Part shown: positions 13,201 through 24,909 of the stretch, piece by piece
Position numbering within the stretch: position 1 is the stretch's first letter
Layout: each line of letters starts with the position of its first letter
Notes under the pieces: generated by a model
What the model was told of the DNA's origin: nothing
The model's database searches: none
The model's input: only the letters and a program-made list of their open reading frames with translations
From: Pristiophorus japonicus
Taxonomy: Eukaryota
Assembly: GCF_044704955.1 (NCBI RefSeq)
Contig: NC_092002.1
Coordinates: forward strand, 3,224,001 to 3,288,000
DNA length: 64,000 nt
Direction: 5' to 3'
Translations under genes and position numbers: made by a program

Positions 13201-15523
13201 GTGTTATAGTGACAGACCCGTACCCCAGTGTTATACAGTGACAGACCTGTACCCGCCAGTATTGTACCCCAGTGTTATACAGTGACAGACCTGTACCCAC
13301 CAGTACTGTACCCCAGTGTTATACAGTGACAGACCTGTACCCACCAGTATTGTACACCAGTGTTATACAGGGACAGACCTGTACCCACCAGTACTCTACC
13401 CCAGTGTTATTCAGTGACAGACCTGCACCAACCAGTACTGTACCCCAGTGTTATACAGTGACAGACCTGTACCCACCAGTACTGTACCCCAGTGTTATAC
13501 AGTGACAGACCTGTACCCACCAGTATTGTACCCCAGTGTTATACAGGGACAGACCTGTACCCACCAGTACTGTACCCCAGTGTTATTCAGTGACAGACCT
13601 GCACCAACCAGTACTGTACCCCAGTGTTATACAGTGACAGACCTGTACCCACCAGTACTGTACCCCAGTGTTATACAGTGACAGACCTGTACCCACCAGT
13701 ACTGTACCCCAGTGTTATACAGTGATAGACCTGTACCCATCAGTACTGTACCCCAGTGTTATACAGTGACAGACCTGTACCCACCAGTACTGTACCCCAG
13801 TGTTATACAGTGACAGACCTGTACACACCAGTACTGTACCCCAGTGTTATAGTGACAGACCTGTACCCACCAGTACTGTACCTCAGTGTTATACAGTGAC
13901 AGACCTGTACCCACCGGTACTGTACCTCAGTGTTATACAGTGACAGACCTGTACCCACCGGTACTGTACCCCATTGTTATACAGTGACAGACCTGTACCC
14001 ACCAGTACAGTACCCCAGTGTTATACAGTGACAGACCTGTACCCACCAGTACTGTACCTGTGTTATACAGTGACAAACCTGTACCCACCAGTACTGTACC
14101 CCAGTGTTATACAGTGACAGACCTGTACCCACCAGTACTGTACCCCAGTGTTATACAGTGATAGACCTGTACCCATCAGTACTGTACCCCAGTGTTATAC
14201 AGTGACAAACCTGTACCCCAGTGTTATACAGTGACAGACCTGTATCCACCAGTACTGTACCCCAGTGTTATACAGTGACAGACCTGTACCCACCAGTACT
14301 GTACCCCAGTTATACAGTGACCGACCTGTATCCACCAGTACTGTACACCAGTGTTACACAGTGACGGACCTATACCCACCAGTACTGTACCGCAGTGTTA
14401 TAGTGACAGACCCGTACCCCAGTGTTATACAGTGACAGACCTGTACCCGCCAGTATTGTACCCCAGTGTTATACAGTGACAGACCTGTACCCACCAGTAC
14501 TGTACCCCAGTGTTATACAGTGACAGACCTGTACCCACCAGTATTGTACACCAGTGTTATACAGGGACAGACCTGTACCCACCAGTACTGTACCCCAGTG
14601 TTATTCAGTGACAGACCTGCACCAACCAGTACTGTACCCCAGTGTTATACAGTGACAGACCTGTACCCACCAGTACTGTACCCCAGTGTTATACAGTGAC
14701 AGACCTGTACCCACCAGTATTGTACCCCAGTGTTATACAGTGACAGACCTGTACCCACCAGTACTGTATCCCAGTGTTATACAGTGACAGACCTGTACCC
14801 ACCAGTACTGTACCCCAGTGTTATACAGTGACAGACCTGTACCCACCAGTACTGTACCCCAGTGTTATTCAGTGACAGACCTGTACCCACCAGTACTGTA
14901 CCCCAGTGTTATTCAGTGACAGACCTGTACCCACCAGTACTGTACCCCAGTTGTAATAGTGGCAGACCTGTACCCACCAGTATTGTACCCCAGTGTTATA
15001 CAGGGACAGACCTGTACCCACCAGTACTGTACCCCAGTTGTAATAGTGGCAGACCTGTACCCCAGTATTATACCGTGACAAACCTGTACCCACCAGTACT
15101 GTACCCCAGTGTTATACCGTGACAGACCTGTACCCACCAGTACTGTACCCCAGTTGTAATAGTGGCAGACCTGTACCCCAGTGATATAGTGACAGACCTG
15201 TACTCACCAGTACTGTACCCCAGTGTTATAGTGACAGATCTGTACCCACCAGTACTGTACCCCAGTGTTATACAGTGACAGACCTGTACCCACCAGTACT
15301 GTACCCAGTGTTATACAGTGAGAGACCTGTACCCACCAGTACTGTACCCCAGTGTTATACAGTGACAGACCTGTACCCACCAGTACTGTACCCCAGTGTT
15401 ATACAGTGAGAGACCTGTACCCACCAGTACTGTACCCCAGTGTTATACAGTGACAGACCTGTACCCACCAGTACTGTACCCAGTGTTATACAGTAACAGA
15501 CCTGTACCCAGTGTTATACAGTG
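10225..15523. repeat. 44-bp minisatellite, about 5.3 kb (roughly 120 units)
   Basis: Unit CAGTGTTATACAGTGACAGACCTGTACCCACCAGTACTGTACCC, with 42-bp variants. Confidence 0.98.
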
Positions 15524-16061
15524 AAAGCCTACTATTGGAAGGACAGAATGTATAATTGTACTGCTGGGTGTCTTCACACTCTCACTGTTACACCGAGTGT
15601 ACCATTTTGCCCCCGTTGTTTCTCTGGAAGTCTTTAACAGGTTTGTGTCCCTTAGCTGACAGACCTCCCCGCTCCCCTCAGCGTGGTGAATCTCCGCGGT
15701 GCGGAGGAGGGAGTGTAAAACGGACCGTTGCGTTTTCCCGGGATTTCCCTGCCTCTTGCTCCGAGCTGACGGCGGGATTCTGCGCCCCCGGGCCTGGCAG
15801 CGGATATGCCGCTGTGGAGGCCGTCACCTCGAACGCGATCCTCAGCGAGGGGCGACAGGGCAGCGATCGGGGAGCAGGGACCTTGGCCTGTAGCCGCCGC
15901 CCCCTCTCGACCAGTGGTGCTGAGACTAACTGCGCCGGGGGGGGGGGGGGTGGTCTGTCTGGGTGAGTGCGGAGCAGGAAAGCGTTGCAGAAAATCAGCC
16001 CAGCCGAGTGTGGGGGTGCCACGCCGTTTAATAGTCCCAGGTTTTAATAACGCGACGGTTT

Positions 16062-16504
16062 TTACTTTTTCTTCTGCACGTGTGCACAGTCGTACTTCCC
16101 GCGCACGACCTTGAGCTTGACCCCTGGCAGGTCCTGGGTCCTCCCGCCCTCCACCAGCACGATGTTGTGTTCCTGTAGGTTGTGGCCCTCGCCCGGGATG
16201 AAGCAGATGGCCTCCCGACCGTCACTCAGTCTCACCCGGGCACACTTGCGGTTGGCCGAGTTGGGCTTCTTCGGTTTGCGCACCATGGTCTTCAGCACCA
16301 CCCCCTTGAGCTGCGGCCGGCCGCAGGTGGGGCCCAGCTTGGTCGGCTGGCGCTTGGCCTTGCCCTGCTTGTGCATCTGGTGCAGGGTGGCCATGGCTCG
16401 GCTGCTCTGCCGGCAGGCAGGAAGAGGAGGAGGAACCGCTGCTCCTGGCAGGAAAGCTCGCGGGAGGAGGGAAGCTGCCGCGGTCCCGGTCAGTCTCGCT
16501 GCTC
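16062..16504 (-). CDS. MRPS12: Mitochondrial ribosomal protein S12 (uS12m), last coding exon
   Basis: MATLHQMH...[33 protein letters not shown]...[38 protein letters not shown]. Acceptor tttccctctag| is phase 1. ATTAAA signals at 16043-16048 and 16027-16032 on the minus strand. Confidence 0.97.
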
Positions 16505-16578
16505 CTAGAGGGAAACACAGAAATGGTAATGGCCACTTTAAGACAAGCAATATTCCTCTTGCGGAATATTAAGAAACC

Positions 16579-17314
16579 AAAGACTTGCATTTATATAGCG
16601 CCTTTCGTGACCACAAGACATCACAAAGCACTTTACAGCCAATGAAATACATTTTGGAGTGTGGTCACTGTTGTAATGTGGGAAACGCGGCAGCCAATTT
16701 GCGCACAGCAAGCTCCCACACACAGCAATGTGATAATGACCAGATAATCTGTTTTAGTGATGTTGATTGAGGGATAAATATTGGCCCCAGGACACCGGGG
16801 AGGACACCGGGGAGAACTCCCCTGCTCTTCTTCAAAATAGCGCCATGGGATCTTTTACGTCTGCCTCAGAGCGCAGGCGGGGCCTCGGTTTAACGTCTCA
16901 CCCGAAAGACGGCATCTCCGGCAGTGCAGCGCTCCCTCAGTACTGCCCTTCCAACAGTGCGGCACTCCCTCAGTACTACCCCTCCAACAGTGCGGCGCTC
17001 CCTCAGTACTGCCCCTCCGGCAGTGCGGCACTCCCTCAGTACTGCCCCTCCGACAGTGTGCCGCTCCCTCAGTACTGCCCCTCCAACAGTGCGGCACTCC
17101 CTCAGTACTGCCCCTCCGGCAGTGCGGCACTCCCTCAGTACTGCCCCTCCGACAGTGCGGCGCTCCCTCAGTACTGCCCCTCCGGCAGTGCGGCACTCCC
17201 TCAGTACTGCACTGGAATGTCTGCCTTGATTTTTTTGTGCTCAAGGCCCTGGAGTGGAACTTGAACCACACGCTTCTGACTCAGAGGCGAGAGTGCTGCC
17301 CACTGAGCCACAGC
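16579..17314 (-). mobile_element. tRNA-derived Deu-domain SINE (SacSINE1-like) with about 9 copies of an internal 33-bp unit
   Basis: tRNA-like head at about 17240-17314, Deu core (GAGACGTTAAACCGAGGCCCC...AAAAGATCCCATGGC), and L2-type tail GGCGCTATATAAATGCAAGTCTT. Confidence 0.85.
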
Positions 17315-17397
17315 ATAGCAACAGGCTGTTTGGCCCAGCAGGTCTACGCCGATGTTTATAGAATCAGAGAACGGTTACAGCACGGGAGGAGGCCATT

Positions 17398-18200
17398 TTT
17401 TTTCATCCACCTTGGAAAAAAAAACAGTAAAAGGGAATATTATTTGAATGGGGAGAAATTACAACATGCTGCGGTGCAGAGGGACCTGGGGGTCCTTGTG
17501 CATGAATCCCAAAAAGTTAGTTTGCAGGTGCAGCAGGTAATCAGGAAGGCGAATAGAATGTTGGCCTTCATTGCGAGAGGGATGGAGTACAAAAGCAGGG
17601 AGGTCCTGCTGCAACTGTATAGGGTATTGGTGAGGCCACACCTGGAGTACTGCGTGCAGTTTTGGTCACCTTAAAGAACGATATACTGGCTTTGGAGGGG
17701 GTACAGAGACGATTCACTAGGCTGATTACGGAGATGAGGGGATTACCTTATGGTGATAGATTGAGTAGACTGGGTCTTTACTCGTTGGAGTTCAGAAGGA
17801 TGAGAGGTGATCTTATAGAAACATTTAAAATCATGAAAGGGATAGACAAGATAGAGGCAGAGAGGTTGTTTCCACTGGTGGGGGAGACTAGAACTAGGGG
17901 GCACAGCCTCAAAATACGGAGAAGCCAATTTAAAACCGAGTTGAGAAGGAATTTCTTCTCCCAGAGGGTTGTGAATCTGGAATTCTCTGCCCAAGGAAGC
18001 AGTTGAGGCTAGCTCATTGAATGTTTTCAAGTCACAGATAGATAGATTTTTAACCAATAAGGGAATTAAGGGTTATGGGGAGAGGGCGGGTAAGTGGAGC
18101 TGAGTCCACGGCCAGATCAGCCATGATCTTATTGAATGGCGGAGCAGGCTCGAGGGGCTAGATAGCCTACTCCTGTTCCTAATTATTATGTTCTTATATG
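17398..18200 (+). mobile_element. CR1-like LINE 3' fragment
   Basis: YYLNGEKL..QRDLGVLV..KANRMLAFI..VRPHLEYCVQFWSP, frameshifted, followed by a CR1 3' UTR. Confidence 0.9.
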
Positions 18201-18728
18201 TTCATTCAGCCCGTCGAGCCCGTGCCGGCTCTCTGCAGGAGCACCTCAGCCAGTCCCACTCCCCCGCCCTTTCCCCGTAGTCCGGCAAATATTTTTCCTT
18301 CGGGTATTTATCCAACTCCCTTTTGAAAGCCACGATTGAGTCTGCCTCCACCAGCCTCTCAGGCAGCGCATTCCAGATCCTAACCACTCGCTGCGTAAAC
18401 ACGTTTTCCCTCATGTCGCCTTTGGTTCTTCTGCCAATCGCCTTAAATCTGTGTTCCCTGGTTCCCGACCCTTCCACCAATGGGAACAGTTTCTCTCTCG
18501 ATCTACTCTGTCCGGGCCCCTCATGATTTTGAACACCTCGATCAAATCTCCTCTCAACCTTCTCTGCTCCAAGGAGAACAACCCCAGCTTCTCCAGTCTC
18601 TCCCCGTCACTGAAGTCCCTCATCTCTGGAACCATTCTCGAAAATCTGTTCTGCTCCCTCCACATCCTTCCTAAAGTGCCCAGAATTCGACACAATACTC
18701 CAGTTGTGGCTGAACCAGTGTTTTATAA
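18200..18728 (-). mobile_element. CR1-like LINE 3' fragment (second subfamily)
   Basis: ERLEKLGLFSLEQRRLRGDLIEVFKIM...FTQRVVRIWNALP on the minus strand. Confidence 0.85.
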
Positions 18729-19117
18729 TCCGCCTTCTCTTTCCCATACTTGTTCTCGCCCGAGTCTGAGCTCGTACATAGAAAGGGAAAACAAACAAGT
18801 TGTGATTTTGTTCTAATTGTTGGTCACGTTGATACATGCAATTCATGCTTACAGGAGAGATAATCATCTATTTACATTCTCGACCTCTCTTAATCAGGAG
18901 TGAATCTCCACACAGCCTCCATCACTAAAGCTTCTCAGGTTCCTTCTTGTCCCAGACACTCCTTTAATCCTCACCAGGTGGAACTCTCAATAACTGTTGG
19001 AGGGGGACTGTCTTGGCGAGAGAGAGAGAGCGAGAACTTTGCATATACGAATTCAGACTAGGGCGAGATGAAGTATGGGGAGGAGGAGGCTGATGTGCAG
19101 CATTATAAAACACTGGT

Positions 19118-19452
19118 AGATGCAAGGAGGATGTTTCCCCCGGGCTGGGGAGTCTAGAACCAGGGGTCACAGTCTCAGGATAAGGGGTCGGCCATTTAGG
19201 ACTGAGATGAGGAGAAACTTCTTCACTCAGAGGGAGGTGAATCTTTGGAATTCTCTGCCCCAGAGGGCTGTGGAGGCTCAGTCGTTGAGTATATTCAAGG
19301 CTGAGATCGATGGATTTTTGGATATTAAGGGAATTGAGGGATATGGGGATCGGGCGGGAAAGTGGAGTTGAGGTCGAAGATCAGCCGTGATCTCATTGAA
19401 TGGCGGAGCAGGTTCGAGGGGCCGAATGGCCAACTCCTGCTCCTAATTCCTA
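19118..19452 (+). mobile_element. CR1-like LINE 3' end
   Basis: SRTRGHSLRIRGRPFRTEMRRNFFTQREVNLWNSLP followed by 3' UTR. Confidence 0.85.
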
Positions 19453-20551
19453 ATTCTGCCCCAGAGCAGAGGGTCGTCCATGTGCTGGAATAAATGAGAG
19501 GATTGGACTCGGGAGGGGCAGAGCTGCTTTGAGGTCGTCTGGCCCGATCTAGCACTGGACAGTCGGGCTCAATTCGGCCCATCATCCCTTTTGTCTCCCT
19601 AATCTCTCCTGTCCCACCCTATCACACACCTTCCCTTTTGTTCTTCACCCTCCCCTCCCCCTTTCACTGCCCCCTCCCCCGCACTTCCTCAACAATCTGT
19701 TACATCTCCAACTTTTCCAGTTCTGACGAAGAGTCATTGACCCGAAACATTAACTCTGTTTCTCTCTCCACAGACGCTGCCTGACCCGCTGAGATTTCCA
19801 GCAATCTGTTTTTATTTCAGGCTGGGCCAGGGGCCTGAGGAGAGGGTCAGGTTGAGGGGCATTTTGTTCCCCGGGAGGGTGGAGAGAGTGGGTAGAGGCA
19901 GGGAGCGGGTATATGAAGTAGACCAACCTGTACTGAACGCTTAACTTCTTAAAACAACCCATCCATCATAAACTTTCATGGGATTACACGGGATATACGG
20001 CACAGAAACAGACCATTGGGCCCAACCAGTCCATGCCGGCGTTTGTGCTCCACTCGAGCCTCCTCCCGTCTTTCCTCATCGAACTCTATCAGCATAACCC
20101 TCTATTCCCTTCTCCCTCATGTGTTTATCCAGCCTCCCCTTAAATGCATCGATACTATTCGCCTCAACCCCTCCCTGTGGCAGCGAGTTCCACATTCTCA
20201 CCGCTCTCTGGGTAAAGAAGTTTCTCCTGAATTCCCCATTGGATTTCTGGATGACGATCTTATATTAATGGCCTCTAGTTACGCTCTTCCCCACAAGTGG
20301 AAACACTCTCTGTGAGAGAAAAATGATTTCTCTGCCGCCGCCCCCCCCAGTATTATTTTGTCCTCTACTCCTGAAGACCCTAGCACCAGCGCTGTATTCA
20401 ACAAGCTATTTGACCATGACATCCCAGTTCGATCCTGTCCTTGCCCGATACCCAAGCGCTGGATAGTGGTCAGGAGACGGGGCAGAAGCACTGTCCACAA
20501 CCCAAGGCCAATTAAACAAGAAGAAAACCTGACTCGAATAAAACTCCTCAC

Positions 20552-20600
20552 CCAAAGTCAAGGACGACATCCAGGTCCTGATCACACCGGCGGAGAACAT
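20552..20600 (-). CDS. MRPS12: MRPS12 first coding exon (MFSAGVIRTWMSSLTL-G, start of the mitochondrial presequence); whole exon 20552-20645
   Basis: Acceptor cctttccttgtgcag|20645, ATG at 20600, 49 coding nt, then donor G|gtgagg in phase 1, matching the downstream phase-1 acceptor. The spliced product is 163 aa. Confidence 0.85.
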
Positions 20601-20964
20601 CTTGTCAGGTGAGCCCACACCAAGGCAGCAACACGGCTCTCAGTCCTGCACAAGGAAAGGAAACGATTGGGATGAGGGACTCCAGTGACGTGCTGGGATT
20701 GTTCTCCGTAGAGCGGAGGGGAGATTTAATACAGGTGTTCAAAATTATGAAGGGTTGTGATAGCGTCGATGGGGAGAAACTGGTTCCACTGGCAGGGGGT
20801 TGGTAACCAGAGGAAACAGATTTTAAATTATTGGCAGAAGAGCCAGAGGGGAGATAAGGAGAATTTTTTTTTAAACGCAGCAAGTTGTGATCCGTAATGC
20901 GCTGCCTGAAAAGGCGGAGAGAGCAGATTTAATAACTTGTCCTACTCTGACAATTAACTTTGAA

Positions 20965-21372
20965 TTAATTTTTGGGATGTGGGCATCGCTGGCAAGGCCG
21001 GCATTTATTGCCCATCCCTAATTGCCCCTTGAGAAGGTGGTGGTGAGCCCCCTTCTTGAACCGCTGCAGTCCGTGTGGTGAAGGTGCTCCCACAGTGCTG
21101 TTAGGGAGGGAGTTCCAGGATTGTGACCCAGCGACGATGGAGGAACGGCCGATATATTTCCAAGTCGGGATGGTGTGTGACTGGGAGGGGAACGTGGAGG
21201 GGGTGGTGTTCCCATGCGCCTGCTGCCCTTGTCCTTCTAGGGGGTAGAGGTCGCGGGTTTGGGAGGTGCTGCCGAAGAAGCCTTGGCGAGTTGCTGCAGT
21301 GCATCTTGTAGACGGTACACACTGCAGCCAGGGGGCGCCGGTGGTGGAGGGAGTGAGTGTTGAAGGTGGTGA
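20965..21372 (-). mobile_element. 3' end of another non-LTR (CR1-group/L2-Crack-like) LINE family
   Basis: SLHHRR..AAVCTVYKMHCSNSPRLLRQHLP...WNSLP...FKK.AHHHLL. A related copy lies at about 61690-62225 (+). Confidence 0.75.
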
Positions 21373-21709
21373 CAATTTTAACTCGTATTCCGGCCTGACC
21401 CCATGTTTGGGAAACCTTTGATCTTATATGGAAGTGAGGAAGTCGGGGAACCACCTCGGCACAATCTAAGGTACGAGATGGCGGGGTTTGTTCTGGGAAA
21501 TATTCCTCCTCCTCTCCCGCAGACGGTGTGGGTACAGCTTGCAGGGTCGCCGGCCAGTGCCCCTGGGCTCTGAGCAGTGTCCACGCAGGACATCGAGGGT
21601 GGGCTTGATATTTGACCATGGGGAGCATCGTGGCCCGGCCGGATTCTCTCCAGCACGGGTGGCCGGGAAATAATTGGCCCACGGACTCCAACCAACAATT
21701 CCCCTCCCC

Positions 21710-22322
21710 CCCCCCCCCCAGGGTACTGAGGCCAACAAGCTTCCCCCCCCCCGAAACCCAGGGTACTGAGGCCAACAAGCCCCCCTCCCCCCCAACCCAG
21801 GGTACTGAGTCCAACAAGCCCCCTCCCCCCCACAACCCAGGGTACTGAGTCCAACAAGCCCCCTCCCCCCCACAACCCAGGGTACTGAAGCCAACAAGCC
21901 CCCTCCCCCCCCCCCAACCCAACCCAGGGTACTGAGTCCAACAAGCCCCCCTCCCCCCCCCCAACCCAGGGTACTGAGGCCAACAAGTCCCACCCCCCAA
22001 CCCAGGGTACTGAGTCCAACAAGCCCCATCCCCCCCCCAACCCAGGGTACTGAGGCCAACAAGCCCCCCCCCCGAAACCCAGGGTACTGAGGCCAACAAG
22101 CCCCCCCCCCCAACCCAGGGTACTGAGGCCAACAATCTCCCCCCCCAACCCAGGGTACTGAGTCCAACAAGTCCCCTCCCCCCCCGAAACCCAGGGTACT
22201 GAGGGCAACAAGTCCCCTCCCCCCACAACCCAGGGTACTGAGGGCAACAAGTCCCCTCCCCCCACAACCCAGGGTACTGAGGGCAACAAGTCCCCTCCCC
22301 CCACAACCCAGGGTACTGAGGC
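21710..22322. repeat. About 40-bp minisatellite (AACCCAGGGTACTGAGGCCAACAAG followed by C-runs) in MRPS12 intron 1
   Basis: About 15 variable-length tandem units. Confidence 0.92.
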
Positions 22323-22329
22323 GCCAACA

Positions 22330-22610
22330 GGCCGGTATTGCGCCCGGTGCCGCTATCACTACAGGCGCGCGGGGGGGGGGGCGGGGGGCGACTCCAGGCT
22401 GAGGCCCAGTCCGGGGACCTTTATTCGGGGTAAACTCACCCGCGGGGCCGCCACTAAACTCAGGCTCCAGGCGGAGCTAGGCCGCGCTGCACTGGCGGGC
22501 GGGGGGGGGGGGGGGGCGGGGCCTCAAACATCCGGGCACTGAGCCCGGGGCCCCGCCCACCTGGGAATAGCCCCGCCCCCGGCCCAGGGGGCCCCGCCCA
22601 CAGCTGCTCT
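22330..22610 (-). promoter_or_regulatory. MRPS12: CpG-rich putative MRPS12 promoter and non-coding first exon (donor after 22440)
   Basis: Minus-strand consensus donor cgg|GTGAGT at 22439-22434. Several GC boxes (GGGGCGGGG / CCCCGCCC) at 22512-22600. Confidence 0.65.
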
Positions 22611-22667
22611 GGGTTATTGATATTTGACCATTTCTCCTGAACTTGAGGGCCCCTGAAAAAAAAAACC

Positions 22668-23373
22668 CATCATCATCAGAGGCAGCCCCTCGGGGTCGAG
22701 GCAGACTTGCCCCCGCTCCAACAGTGAGTCCTCAGGTGGCCGAACAGCCCAATCCGGGGGCCACAGTCCCTGTCACAGGTGGGACAGACAGTGGTTGAGG
22801 GAAGGGGAGGGTGGGACTGGTTTGCCGCACGCTCCTTCCGCTCTCGGCGACGAGACTCGAGGTGCTCAGCGCCCTCCCGGATGCACTTCCTCCACTTAGG
22901 GCGGACTGGTCTTTGGCCAGGGACTCCCAGGTGTGGGTGGGGGATGTCGCACTTTATCAGGGAGGCTTTGAGGGTGGTCCCTTGTCACGTTTCCTCTGCC
23001 CCACCCTTTGGCTCGCTTGCCGTGAAGGAGTTCCGAGTCGAGCGCTTGCTTTGGGGAGTCTCGTGTCTGGGGGGGGGGGACAATGGTCAGCGGAGCTGGT
23101 CGAGTGTGGTCAGTGCTTCGAGGCTGCGGGATGTTGGCCTGGATGAGGACGCTAATGTTTGGCCGCCTGAGGAAGAGAGTGCGCGAAGGCCAGGCCCTCA
23201 AAACTGCCACCAAGCTCATGGTCGACAGGGCTGTAGTGATACCCGCCCTCCTGTGTGGCTCAGAGACGTGGACCAGGTACAGCAGACACCTCAAATCGCT
23301 GGAGAAATACCACCAACGATGTCTCCGCAAGATCCTACAAATCCCCTGGGAGGACAGACGCACCAACGTTAGC
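22668..23373 (-). mobile_element. RTE-clade LINE 3' fragment with an inverted 5' portion
   Basis: Near-identical to 2121-2550 on the minus strand up to about 23155. Then 23156-23373 reads on the plus strand (FGRLRKRV...SETWT..LEKYHQRCLRKILQIPWEDRRTN). Confidence 0.82.
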
Positions 23374-23377
23374 ATTT

Positions 23378-24635
23378 AAAGAAAGACTTGCATTTCTATA
23401 GCGCCTTTCACCACCACCACCACACGCCTCAATGCGCTTTACAGCCAATGAAGTGCAGTCATTGTTGTAATGTGGGAAACACGGCAGCCACTTTGCGCAC
23501 AGCAAGCTCCCACACACAGAAATGTGATAATGATCCAGATAATCTGTTTTAGTGATGTTGATTGAGGGATAAATATTGGCCCCAGGACACCGGGGAGAAC
23601 TCCCCTGCTCTTCTTCAAAATAGTGCCATGGAATCTTTTACATCCACCTGAGAGAGCAGACAGGGCCTCGGTTTAACGTCTCATATCAAAGATGGTACCT
23701 CCGACAGTGCGGCGCTCCCTCAGTACTGCCCCTCCGACAGTGCGGCACTCCCTCAGCACTGCCCCTCCGACAGTGCGGCACTCCCTCAGTACTGCCCCTC
23801 CGACAGTGCGGCACTCCCTCAGTACTGCCCCTCCGACAGTGCGGCACTCCCTCAGTACTGCCCCTCCGACAGTGCGGCACTCCCTCAGTACTGCCCCTCC
23901 GACAGTGCGGCGCTCCCTCAGTACTGCCCCTCCGACAGTGCAGCGCTCCCTCAGTACTGCACCTCCGGCAGTGCGGCTCTCCCTCAGTACTGCCCCTCCA
24001 ACAGTGCAGCGCTCCCTCAGTACTGCCCCTCCGACAGTGCGACACTCCCTCAGTACTGCCCCTCCGACAGTGCGGCACTCCCTCAGTACTGCCCCTCCGA
24101 CAGTGCGGCGCTCCCTCAGTACTGCCCCTCCGGCAGTGCGGCACTCCCTCAGTACTGCCCCTCCGACAGTGCGGCGCTCCCTCAGTACTGCACCTCCGGC
24201 AGTGCGGCGCTCCCTCAGTACTGCCCCTCCGACAGTGCGGCGCTCCCTCAGTACTGCCCCTCCAACAGTGCGGCGCTCCCTCAGTACTGCCCCTCCGACA
24301 GTGCGGCTCTCCCTCAGTACTGCCCCTCCGACAGTGCGGCGCTCCCTCAGCACTGCCCCTCCGACAGTGCGGGGCTCCCTCAGTACTGCCCCTCCGACAG
24401 TGCGGCGCTCCCTCAGTACTGCCCCTCCGACAGTGCGGCGCTCCCTCAGCACTGCCCCTCCGACAGTGCGGGGCTCCCTCAGTACTGCCCCTCCGACAGT
24501 GCGGCGCTCCCTCAGTACTGCCCCTCCGACAGTGCGGCACTCCGTCAGTACTGCCCCTCCGACAGTGCGGCACTCCCTCAGTACTGCCCCTCCGACAGTG
24601 CGGCGCTCCCTCAGTACTGCACTGGAGTGTCAGCC
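23378..24635 (-). mobile_element. Deu-domain SINE with about 28 copies of the 33-bp unit (about 23700-24620); tRNA head missing
   Basis: Same tail and Deu core as 16579-17314. Unit CCGACAGTGCGGCGCTCCCTCAGTACTGCCCCT. Confidence 0.88.
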
Positions 24636-24794
24636 CCCGGAGCCACACCTCAGATTGTGACCAGAGGAACTCTCTCTCAGTTATAAATGTTATTTCCAGG
24701 CCCAGGCTCAGAGTTTGCTCCCTTCCTCCAGCCAAATCCCAGACTCCCATCAAAACAGAAACAGGTTGTAACTCAGCCACCCTCTGAGTCTAGG

Positions 24795-24890
24795 GCTCAC
24801 TTCCGGGTTCTCCTCAATGCCGCTTCCGGGGCACCAATAACACTTCCGGTTCGTTTCCCTGGCAACCGGAAATGGAATGCAATGTGAGGA
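24795..24890 (+). promoter_or_regulatory. ETS/GABP-type motif cluster plus CCAAT; putative promoter and first exon of the ZBED-like gene
   Basis: ACTTCCGG at 24799 and 24842, GCTTCCGG at 24822, ACCGGAAA at 24865, CCAAT at 24834. Possible donor aat|GTGAGG at 24884. Confidence 0.6.
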
Positions 24891-24909
24891 TGGAGAGAAT
24901 GTCAGAGTG

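Noticed and set aside
10225-15523. CRISPR-like regular repeat array
   Set aside because: Units are head-to-tail with no unique spacers, there are no cas genes, and the context is vertebrate. The same applies to the 33-bp and 67-bp arrays.
16505-16550. N-terminal extension of the MRPS12 ORF in the track
   Set aside because: It is an intronic pyrimidine tract. The real N-terminus comes from the exon at 20552-20600.
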